This document shows positions 19,342 through 27,058 of a stretch of 64,000 bases of DNA, in pieces. Made by a program: the position numbers and the translations under genes. The first letter of the stretch is position 1; each line of letters starts with the position of its first letter. A model generated the notes under the pieces. The model searched no databases. It was not told the origin of the DNA and saw only the letters and a program-made list of their open reading frames with translations. The DNA comes from Nibricoccus sp. (lineage in GTDB: Bacteria; Verrucomicrobiota; Verrucomicrobiia; Opitutales; Opitutaceae): the NCBI GenBank assembly GCA_047602425.1, contig JASGHG010000001.1:480001-544000 (forward strand). The letters are read 5' to 3'.

Positions 19342-20079
19342 ATGAAGAAGCTTCTCGCTCTCACCCTGACAGCAACGCTGTCATTTTTCCTCTCCGGTTG
19401 CAGCACCTACATTCCACCCGGCGCCAAAGCGGACCTCGCGACGTTCGCGCCGCCCAGTATTCAAGCCGGTTTCGATACCAAACCCTCGCTTCCTTTTCCC
19501 GCCGGTATCGCCATCGTGCGCATCCAGTCGCCAAATTACGACAACTACAACCTTCACCGCTATGGCGGACGCATCGGAGAGGGCAAATATTCGGTCATCA
19601 TGACTCGCGAGGTCGAGGAACAATCGCACTTCGACCGCGTCAGCGCCCTGCCTCAAGTCGCAGGTGTGGTTATGCTCAACCGTCTCCTGATTCCAGCGCA
19701 ACTCGACGGCGACCGCCAGATCCGCGAAGCCGTTTCACGTGTTCAAGCGGACCTCGTTTTTATCTACACTTTCGAAACCACCTTCCGCGACAAAAACACT
19801 TCCGTTCCGCTCACAACCATTACGCTCGGTCTTTCCCATACCAAAAAAATCGAGATCAGCGCCACCGTTTCCGGTCTGCTCATGGATACGCGCACCGGTT
19901 ACATTTATTCAGTCTACGAAACCACCGACCGCGACGAGGTGGCTTCCAGCATCTGGAAAAGCGACGAGGTCGCCGATGAAACCCGGCGTAAAACCGAGAA
20001 ACGCGCCTTCGACAAACTTGTCGACGAAATCGTCGCGAGCTGGCCCCGCTTGCTCCAACGTTACGAAAAGAAGGCCTGA
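19342..20079 (+). CDS. Hypothetical lipoprotein
   Basis: MKKLLAL...FLSGC lipobox; soluble alpha/beta-like remainder. Confidence 0.75.
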   Translation: MKKLLALTLTATLSFFLSGCSTYIPPGAKADLATFAPPSIQAGFDTKPSLPFPAGIAIVRIQSPNYDNYNLHRYGGRIGEGKYSVIMTREVEEQSHFDRVSALPQVAGVVMLNRLLIPAQLDGDRQIREAVSRVQADLVFIYTFETTFRDKNTSVPLTTITLGLSHTKKIEISATVSGLLMDTRTGYIYSVYETTDRDEVASSIWKSDEVADETRRKTEKRAFDKLVDEIVASWPRLLQRYEKKA

Positions 20080-20097
20080 ATCCGTCCAGCGCTCCGC

Positions 20098-20823
20098 ATG
20101 ACCCGCCTCTTTTCTTTCCGCTGGCTTTCGACGCTGGTTGGCGTTTGCGTGCTCGTCATGAGCGCGCAAGCCCAGGAGGGCGTCATTTTGCTCCACGGCC
20201 TCTGCCGAACCAGCACCAGCATGACAAAAATGGAGCATGCGTTGACCGAGGCGGGATACGTTGTCGCCAACGTCGACTACCCTTCGCGCACCGCCAAAAT
20301 CGACGAACTCAGCGACGCCGCCATCGGCGATGCCTTAAAAAGCCCGGCGCTGCAAAATTGTCTTCGCATTCACTTCGTCACGCATTCGCTCGGCGGCATC
20401 CTCGTGCGCAGCTATTTCAAACGGCACACTGAACCTCGCCTTGGCCGGGTCGTCATGCTGGGCCCACCCAACCAAGGCAGCGAGGTCGTGGACAAACTTG
20501 GTTCGTGGAAACTCTTCACAGGCCTAAACGGTCCTGCCGGCGGCGAACTTGGAACCACTCCAAAATCAACGCCCCAACAACTCGGCCCAGTCAGTTTTGA
20601 GCTCGGCGTGATCGCGGGCGATCGCTCCATCAACTGGATCAACAGCACGATGATTCCCGGCTCAGACGATGGCAAAGTTTCCGTCGAACGAACCAAGGTC
20701 GACGGCATGAAAGCGCATCTGGTCCTTCACGCCGCCCATCCGTTTTTAATGCGAAACAAAACCGCCATTGCCCAAACCATTTGTTTCCTACAATCAGGTT
20801 CTTTCTCTGCGCCCGAAAAATAA
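20098..20823 (+). CDS. Secreted alpha/beta hydrolase (lipase/esterase-like)
   Basis: Signal peptide; VILLHGL, THSLGG nucleophile elbow, DDGKV and His motif. Confidence 0.85.
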   Translation: MTRLFSFRWLSTLVGVCVLVMSAQAQEGVILLHGLCRTSTSMTKMEHALTEAGYVVANVDYPSRTAKIDELSDAAIGDALKSPALQNCLRIHFVTHSLGGILVRSYFKRHTEPRLGRVVMLGPPNQGSEVVDKLGSWKLFTGLNGPAGGELGTTPKSTPQQLGPVSFELGVIAGDRSINWINSTMIPGSDDGKVSVERTKVDGMKAHLVLHAAHPFLMRNKTAIAQTICFLQSGSFSAPEK

Positions 20824-20843
20824 ATCCAAGTCTTTCTCTCATC

Positions 20844-21374
20844 ATGCACGCAAAACGCCGCCTCGCTTTGGCGGGGCTATTTTTCGCGATCGGAATCGTA
20901 ATAGTCCTGGCCTGGGCCAACTGGCCAACCTCGCCATTGCCCGAAAAAACCATAGTTGACCGTATCGTTGTCGAGAAATCCCGCCGCGCGTTGACGCTCT
21001 TTGCCAGCACTAAACCACTAAAAACCTATAAGGTCTCCCTCGGGCGCGCACCGGTCGGCTCCAAGGAAAAGCAAGGCGACATGAAAACACCGGAAGGTCT
21101 CTACCGCGTTGTCGCACACAAACCCGGCAGCTCCTTTCATCGCGCTTTGCGAATTTCGTATCCCGAGGAGCGAGATCTCCAACGTGCGCGTGCCGCAGGC
21201 GTCAACCCTGGCTCCGATATCATGATTCATGGCGTCAGAAATGGCCTCGGGTTATTCGGGCGTCTGCACCGCAATGTCGATTGGACCGCCGGCTGCATCG
21301 CTCTAACCAATTCGGAGATCGATCAAATTTACACCGCCGTCGCCGACGGCACCGTTGTTGAAATTCGTCCCTAG
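20844..21374 (+). CDS. L,D-transpeptidase (YkuD) family protein
   Basis: GDMKTPEG, IMIHG and WTAGCIAL catalytic motifs; N-terminal TM. Confidence 0.9.
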   Translation: MHAKRRLALAGLFFAIGIVIVLAWANWPTSPLPEKTIVDRIVVEKSRRALTLFASTKPLKTYKVSLGRAPVGSKEKQGDMKTPEGLYRVVAHKPGSSFHRALRISYPEERDLQRARAAGVNPGSDIMIHGVRNGLGLFGRLHRNVDWTAGCIALTNSEIDQIYTAVADGTVVEIRP

Positions 21375-21495
21375 GCTTGGTGTCCGCGAACAAGTTTCCC
21401 CAAAAATTTTCCCGGCCGTTCGTCCAAGGTCTTTTCCACTCCTTGCCAGCGCATCCGAAAAGTCGATACATCGATTCAACATTCAATTCCGCGCC

Positions 21496-22005
21496 GTGTT
21501 CACATATCGCACGTACCGTTTTTTTGCCGGTCTCGTTTTACTAGGCGGACTCTGGGCTGTCGCTTCGTATTTGGAAGTCAGGGATCAAGTGGAGAACAGC
21601 CCGTATTGGCCCACCGATCCCGCCGTCGCGCGGAAGTATAAAGTCCACGTCGCCGACGCGGTCGTCGACTCAAGGGAAATCGCGATCGCTGGCGCGAATC
21701 TTCAACTCACGGCCATCTGGAAAGAACATAGTTACAGCTACCGTCGTACCGGGCTTTTTACTTCAACCTTGGTCATGAACCAGGAAGAGGCGTTGCGTAT
21801 TCTTTTTTCAGGAACCCAACTGATAAAACTGCAAAACGCCGCCTGGCGGATTGAATTGGATGGCAAGCCCGCAGAGGCGGCTTTGACAACCCACGGCGCC
21901 GTGCTCGGCCAAGACGGACCCTTTCAGAGACAAAGCCATACCCTGACGATCATCGCCCCTTCCGGCTTACGCGCCGACAAATCTTTCCATTTCCCCTCCC
22001 ATTGA
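21496..22005 (+). CDS. Hypothetical protein with N-terminal membrane anchor
   Basis: GTG start chosen to avoid overlap with the upstream gene; one TM; no recognisable motif. Confidence 0.5.
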   Translation: MFTYRTYRFFAGLVLLGGLWAVASYLEVRDQVENSPYWPTDPAVARKYKVHVADAVVDSREIAIAGANLQLTAIWKEHSYSYRRTGLFTSTLVMNQEEALRILFSGTQLIKLQNAAWRIELDGKPAEAALTTHGAVLGQDGPFQRQSHTLTIIAPSGLRADKSFHFPSH

Positions 22006-22113
22006 CCGCCGACCGACGGCCCCGCCCATGGGTAACGTCGTTTTCATACGGCGTTCGCCGTTCTCATCGTCAGCATCACGCAAAACAGGGGGAATTTTTA
22101 ATTTGGCGATACC

Positions 22114-22148
22114 AGCCAGTTTGTCATCTATTAAATGACAAACTGGCT
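22114..22148. repeat. Perfect 14-bp hairpin with CTATTAA loop (REP-like family, copy 1)
   Basis: AGCCAGTTTGTCAT-CTATTAA-ATGACAAACTGGCT, intergenic between convergent genes. Confidence 0.85.
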
Positions 22149-22172
22149 TGGCGACAGTCTCTAGCGACCAAC

Positions 22173-23858
22173 CTATCGCGTGAGCTTGCGGTATTTGATA
22201 CGGTGAGGCTGGTCGGCTTCCTTACCTTTGCGGCGCCGGTAATCTTCGAGATACGCGGAATAGTTTCCAGCGTACCACTGCACGGTGCTTTCGCCTTCGA
22301 AGGCGAGAATATGCGTCGCCACGCGGTCAAGGAACCAGCGATCGTGCGAAACGACCACCGCGCAACCGGCAAAAGTCTCCAAGCCCTCCTCCAGCGCGCG
22401 AATCGAGTTCACATCGAGATCGTTGGTCGGTTCGTCGAGGAGAATGAGATTGGCGCCGCTCTTGAGCAAACGGGCGAGATGCACGCGATTGCGTTCACCG
22501 CCCGAAAGAATGCCGACTTTTTTCTGTTGGTCCGCGCCCGTAAAACCAAATTGAGCACAATAAGCCCGCGCGTTCACATCGCGACCGCCCAGCTTGAGGA
22601 TTTCCTGTCCATCGCTGATCGCTTCAAAAATCGTCGCGTGGTCGGGAAGTGAATCGCGCGATTGATCGACGTGGGCGATTTGCACGGTCGGGCCCACTCG
22701 CAATTCACCCGAGTCGGCTTTTTCCACACCCGTAATCAGACGAAACATTGTCGTTTTGCCGGCACCGTTGGGACCAATGACGCCGACAATGCCGCCCGGA
22801 GGCAGCGAAAAACTCACATTTTCGAAGAGAACATTTTCACCATAGCTCTTGGATAGCTTGCTGGCTTCAACCACCAGCGTGCCGAGCCGCTGCCCCGCCG
22901 GGATGACAATTTCGAACTCACGCTCTTTTTCGGCGACATTTTGTTTCAACATCGCCTCGTAGGCATTGATGCGGGCCTGACCTTTCGATTGGCGCGCCTT
23001 CGCTGACGAACGAATCCACTCCAATTCGCGTGCCATGGCCTTTTGGCGACGGTCTTCAGTTCGTTGTTCGACGGCGAGACGGCGTTGTTTTTGCTCAAGC
23101 CACGAGGAATAGTTCCCTTTCCAGGGAATTCCGTGGCCGCGGTCGAGTTCAAGAATCCAGCCCGCGACATTATCGAGGAAATACCGGTCGTGCGTTACGG
23201 CAATTACCGTACCTTCATATCGGGCCAAATGCTGTTCGAGCCAGTGGACACTTTCCGTATCCAAATGGTTAGTCGGCTCGTCGAGCAGGAGAATAGCTGG
23301 TTTTTGCAGGAGAAGGCGGGCCAGAGCCACGCGCCGGCGTTCGCCGCCCGAAAGTTTGTCGATGACCTGGTCAGCCGGCGGACAGCGCAAGGCATCCATC
23401 GCCATATCCACGTGCGAAGCCACGTCCCAGGCCCCGAGTTGGTCGATTTTCTCCTGCAATTCGCCCTGACGTTGCATGATCTTGTCCTTGGCGGTGTCGT
23501 CCGGTGCGTCATTGATTTCGTCCCAGGTGGCGTCGTAGGCGGCGACGAGCTCCGTTAGGTGTTTCACCCCCTCTTCGACGCACTCGCGGACGGTTTTTCC
23601 TAGGGAAAGTTGCGGTTCCTGCTCTAGGAGACCCACACTATAACCGGGCTCAAAGTGCACATGCCCGTCGAAATCCTTGTCCCGCCCCGCGAGGATGCGC
23701 ATGAGAGAAGACTTGCCCGAACCATTGAATCCAAGCACACCAATTTTGGCCCCATAAAAAAATGAGAGCGAAATATCCCGCAAGATTTCCTTGCGCTCTA
23801 TCTTTTTCGAGACACTGATCATTGAGAAGATAATCTTTGGTTCGTCAGATTTTGCCAT
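22173..23858 (-). CDS. ettA: Energy-dependent translational throttle ABC-F ATPase EttA
   Basis: DISLSFFYGAKIGVLG, two ABC cassettes, GIPWKGNYSSWLEQK and C-terminal PHRIKYRKLTR. Confidence 0.96.
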   Translation of the reverse strand: MAKSDEPKIIFSMISVSKKIERKEILRDISLSFFYGAKIGVLGFNGSGKSSLMRILAGRDKDFDGHVHFEPGYSVGLLEQEPQLSLGKTVRECVEEGVKHLTELVAAYDATWDEINDAPDDTAKDKIMQRQGELQEKIDQLGAWDVASHVDMAMDALRCPPADQVIDKLSGGERRRVALARLLLQKPAILLLDEPTNHLDTESVHWLEQHLARYEGTVIAVTHDRYFLDNVAGWILELDRGHGIPWKGNYSSWLEQKQRRLAVEQRTEDRRQKAMARELEWIRSSAKARQSKGQARINAYEAMLKQNVAEKEREFEIVIPAGQRLGTLVVEASKLSKSYGENVLFENVSFSLPPGGIVGVIGPNGAGKTTMFRLITGVEKADSGELRVGPTVQIAHVDQSRDSLPDHATIFEAISDGQEILKLGGRDVNARAYCAQFGFTGADQQKKVGILSGGERNRVHLARLLKSGANLILLDEPTNDLDVNSIRALEEGLETFAGCAVVVSHDRWFLDRVATHILAFEGESTVQWYAGNYSAYLEDYRRRKGKEADQPHRIKYRKLTR

Positions 23859-24025
23859 GGGAGGGAGCAATAATTTTTACCAAAACCACTGTTTAAATGC
23901 TAAATTTTGAAACTTTTTTTTACTGTAAGCGTCAATCTGTGCCGTAACATCCATTCCCTGTAACCAAAAAAAATGCAACTTCGGCTGGCAAACCAGCCGA
24001 TATCGTTTAGGATAATCCGACTCAT

Positions 24026-24478
24026 ATGGCTAAAACTAGAAAAACTAAGTTCCCCTACGTATACCGCGCCGTCTACCCGAAAGAGTACATCGACGGTTAT
24101 ATCGCCAAGATCGTTCGCAAGAGCGGTCGTTTGTTCACCGTGTTCCAACTCGCCGACTTCGACGGCAATCACGACAAGTGCGTGAAAGCAGCCGCCAAGG
24201 CCGCCGCCGAATTCGACAAGTCCCATCCGAAGCTGCCGCGCTGGCAAATCGCCCAGCAACGCCGCGACAAGAAGGACAAGGATCTTCCGGCCGGCATCCG
24301 CCGCGTTGTGAAGGTTGTGAACGGTAAGAAATACAAGTTCATCGAAGCCTCCTGGTCCCCCCAGCCCAACGTGCAGAAAAAGCGTCACTTCGCCGTCGAA
24401 AAATACGGCCTGAAGAAAGCTCTCTCCCTCGCCTTGGCTGAGCGCAAAGCCGGTCTGGCCGAGATGGCCAATCGCTAA
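24026..24478 (+). CDS. Basic protein with two AP2-like DNA-binding domains
   Basis: C-terminal GIRRVVK...EASWSP...KKRHFAVEKYGLKKALSLALAER resembles an AP2 domain; the N-terminal half has a similar pattern; very Lys/Arg rich. Confidence 0.75.
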   Translation: MAKTRKTKFPYVYRAVYPKEYIDGYIAKIVRKSGRLFTVFQLADFDGNHDKCVKAAAKAAAEFDKSHPKLPRWQIAQQRRDKKDKDLPAGIRRVVKVVNGKKYKFIEASWSPQPNVQKKRHFAVEKYGLKKALSLALAERKAGLAEMANR

Positions 24479-24490
24479 GTAACACTTAAC

Positions 24491-24533
24491 AAAGCCGCCT
24501 GCCGCCTTGACTTTGGCGACAGGCGGTTTTTTT
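24491..24533 (+). terminator. Intrinsic terminator of the AP2 gene
   Basis: AAAGCCGCCTGCCGCC-loop-GGCGACAGGCGG followed by T7. Confidence 0.85.
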
Positions 24534-24547
24534 GTGCACCCACGTCA

Positions 24548-24652
24548 ATGAACCTCTCCAATACGACAAAACTGCCCTCGCCTCTCGGCGTCGTCCTCGC
24601 GGTCGTCGTAGTCGTCGTCGTAGCGCTCCAAAGCGCGCCGAGAGGGTCTTGA
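24548..24652 (+). CDS. ilvBN leader peptide (IvbL-like), 34 aa
   Basis: Not in the ORF track. MNLSNTTKLPSPLGVVLAVVVVVVVALQSAPRGS has 9 Val (7 consecutive) and 5 Leu and lies directly upstream of a terminator and ilvB. Confidence 0.9.
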   Translation: MNLSNTTKLPSPLGVVLAVVVVVVVALQSAPRGS

Positions 24653-24668
24653 TCTAACCAAAGACTTT

Positions 24669-24703
24669 GCCCCTCCGGTGTTGCACCGGAGGGGCTTTTT
24701 TTT
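24669..24703 (+). terminator. Attenuator terminator of ilvBN
   Basis: GCCCCTCCGGTG-ttg-CACCGGAGGGGC-T8 between the leader ORF and the ilvB start. Confidence 0.92.
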
Positions 24704-24743
24704 GCCTCGCCGGAAAAAACATAGGAAGGGCTCCAACCCAACC

Positions 24744-26432
24744 ATGAAAAAAATAACTGGAGCCAACCTCCTCCGCATCCTGCTCGAAAGACAGGGCATT
24801 CGGACCCTGCCGGGCATCCCCGGCGGCGCCATTTTGCCCTTTTACGACGCGCTGCATGGCAGCGCCATTCGCCACGTCCTCGCCCGTCACGAACAAGGCG
24901 CGGGCTTCATCGCCCACGGCATGGCGCGCGTCACCGGCCGTGCCGCCGCCTGTCTCGCCACCTCCGGACCCGGCGCGACGAACCTTCTCACCGCCATCGC
25001 CGACGCGCGTCTCGACTCCATTCCACTTGTCGCGATCACCGGACAAGTGCCGCAGGCGCTGATCGGCACCGATGCGTTTCAAGAGGTCGACACCTACGGG
25101 CTCACGCTCCCAATCACGAAGCACAATTTTCTCGTTCGCTCCGCCGCCGAACTCCTCGAAGTGGTGCCGCTCGCCTTCGAACTCGCCGAATCGGGCCGGC
25201 CCGGTCCCGTGGCCATCGATGTGCCCAAAGACGTGCAAAACGAAACCGTCGACATCGCCAGTCTGCCCGAGCCGGGGCGACGTCGTCCCCTCCCCGCCTG
25301 CCCGGACGAACCAATCTCCGCCCTCGCGCACTTGATTGCGCATGCTCAACGCCCCGTGCTTTACCTCGGCGGCGGTATCATCGCCGCCAATACAGCGCCT
25401 CAAGCTCGTGAACTCGCCCATCGCGCCGCGATGCCCACGGTTTGCACGCTCATGGCGCTCGGCACCATCCCGCCTGAGGATCCGCTCTACATGGGCATGC
25501 TCGGCATGCACGGTACTCAAGGCACCAATTTTCTCCTCGAAGAAGCCGACTTGGTCCTCGCGATCGGGGCACGGTTCGACGATCGCGCCACGGGAAAAGT
25601 CGCCGAATTCTGCCCACGCGCGACCATTGCGCACATCGATATCGATCCGGCCGAAATCGGTAAAATCAAAACCCCGTTTCTCGGCCTCGTGGGCGATGCC
25701 GCCGATATCTTGGGTCACCTGCTCAAGATTCTGCCGCCACAAAAACGCCCGGCGTGGCTCGCGCGCGCTGCCGAACTTCGCGCCAGCTACCCGCTGGACC
25801 ATCCTCCGCGCAGCGAAGCCCCGCTGCATCCCGTGAATCTGTGCCGTTTTCTCGGCGAACAATTGCCCGACGACGTTGTTATCACGACGGACGTGGGCCA
25901 GCATCAGATGTGGGTGGCGCAGGCGTATCCCTTCCGTCAACCGCGCACCCTGCTCACATCCGGTGGACTCGGCACGATGGGCTTCGGCCTGCCGGCCGCG
26001 ATCGGTGCTGCTCTGGCCGCGCCAGGACGACGTGTGGCCTGCGTGAGCGGCGACGGCTCTTTCCTGATGAACATCCAGGAACTCGCCACCCTCGCCGAGG
26101 AAAACCTGCCCGTAGCCGTGTTGATTTTCAACAATGCCCACCTCGGTCTCGTGCGCCAACAACAGGAACTGTTCTACAAACAACGTTACGAAGCCTCGCG
26201 CTTCTCCGCGAATCCCGACTTCGCAGCGATTGCCCGCGGCTTCGGCGTGCGCGGCGTGCGGATCGATCCCAACGTCGACCCGCTCGCCGAAATCGCCCAA
26301 GCCCTCGCCGGCGACGGACCGTGTGTAATTGATATTCCAATACATACAACAACCAACGTGTATCCCATGGTGCCCCCCGGGGCCGCCAACCGCCAAATGA
26401 TCGCCCAAAAACCGGAGCCCGCCCATGCCTGA
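24744..26432 (+). CDS. ilvB: Acetolactate synthase large subunit
   Basis: GIPGGAILP, RHEQGAG, TSGPGATN, GTDAFQE, DVGQHQMW, SGGLGTMGFGLP and GDGSFLMN motifs. Confidence 0.96.
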   Translation: MKKITGANLLRILLERQGIRTLPGIPGGAILPFYDALHGSAIRHVLARHEQGAGFIAHGMARVTGRAAACLATSGPGATNLLTAIADARLDSIPLVAITGQVPQALIGTDAFQEVDTYGLTLPITKHNFLVRSAAELLEVVPLAFELAESGRPGPVAIDVPKDVQNETVDIASLPEPGRRRPLPACPDEPISALAHLIAHAQRPVLYLGGGIIAANTAPQARELAHRAAMPTVCTLMALGTIPPEDPLYMGMLGMHGTQGTNFLLEEADLVLAIGARFDDRATGKVAEFCPRATIAHIDIDPAEIGKIKTPFLGLVGDAADILGHLLKILPPQKRPAWLARAAELRASYPLDHPPRSEAPLHPVNLCRFLGEQLPDDVVITTDVGQHQMWVAQAYPFRQPRTLLTSGGLGTMGFGLPAAIGAALAAPGRRVACVSGDGSFLMNIQELATLAEENLPVAVLIFNNAHLGLVRQQQELFYKQRYEASRFSANPDFAAIARGFGVRGVRIDPNVDPLAEIAQALAGDGPCVIDIPIHTTTNVYPMVPPGAANRQMIAQKPEPAHA

Positions 26433-26814
26433 TCATCCTGCCTCCTCCACTTCCACGGAAACCGCCGGTCGGAACGTTTGTAACCTAATAAGTTACAAAC
26501 TGTCTGATACCGCCAAAGGGGTCATCCTCGAACTCGTGGTGCGCAACCATCCGGGAACGATGTCACATATCACCGGCTTGTTCGCGCGCCGCGCCTTCAA
26601 TCTTGAGGCGATTTTTGTCGTGCCGTTGCCCGGAAGCGACACGAGCCGCATTCTTCTGCATCTGGCCGATGAGCCCAAACTCGTGCAGGTCGAGAAACAG
26701 CTCGCGAAGCTTCACGATGTGCTTTCGGTACGGCATCGTGCCGATCTCTCGCCGGAAATTTTCAGCCGCTGGATGAACCAGATTCCGGATGCGTCGCCCG
26801 CTCCAACCAGTTGA
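26425..26814 (+). CDS. ilvN: Acetolactate synthase small subunit, short ACT-only (AHAS I IlvN type)
   Basis: [31 protein letters not shown] closely recalls enterobacterial IlvN; overlaps the ilvB stop. Confidence 0.9.
   Translation: MPDHPASSTSTETAGRNVCNLISYKLSDTAKGVILELVVRNHPGTMSHITGLFARRAFNLEAIFVVPLPGSDTSRILLHLADEPKLVQVEKQLAKLHDVLSVRHRADLSPEIFSRWMNQIPDASPAPTS
26476..26500. repeat. Perfect 9-bp hairpin with CTAATAA loop (REP-like family, copy 2), in frame within ilvN
   Basis: GTTTGTAAC-CTAATAA-GTTACAAAC, an AT-rich patch in a GC-rich gene, translated as VCNLISYK. Confidence 0.85.
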
Positions 26815-27052
26815 AGTAGGCAACCGCCTCTTCGCGCGATTTGCCGCACATTTCCTCGGTCGGACGCAGCCCGGCACAAAACGCCGGGCGCTCCGGCCGG
26901 CCGAAAATGGCACAGCGCAAATCTTCGGTCAGCTGCACACATCTCACGCCTGCCGGCTTGCCCTGGGGCATGCCCGGAATCGGCGAATTGATCGATGGAG
27001 CCGTGCAACACGCCCCGCATCCGGCGCGGCAGTCCATACTTTTTGGGGGCAT
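26762..27052 (-). CDS. YkgJ family cysteine cluster (putative Fe-S) protein; start may be 27037
   Basis: CRAGCGACC...[11 protein letters not shown]...[13 protein letters not shown]. Confidence 0.9.
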   Translation of the reverse strand: MPPKSMDCRAGCGACCTAPSINSPIPGMPQGKPAGVRCVQLTEDLRCAIFGRPERPAFCAGLRPTEEMCGKSREEAVAYFNWLERATHPESGSSSG

Positions 27053-27058
27053 GGCGAT

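Noticed and set aside
22002..22652. 216-aa plus-strand ORF
   Set aside because: Mostly an antisense shadow of ettA with no coherent motif.
24590..24622. GTC trinucleotide microsatellite
   Set aside because: Explained as the valine control codons of the leader peptide.
24654..26426. 590-aa minus-strand ORF (likewise 32891..34345 and 42537..43679)
   Set aside because: Antisense shadows of ilvB, mfpsA and pyk, expected from GC-rich codon bias.
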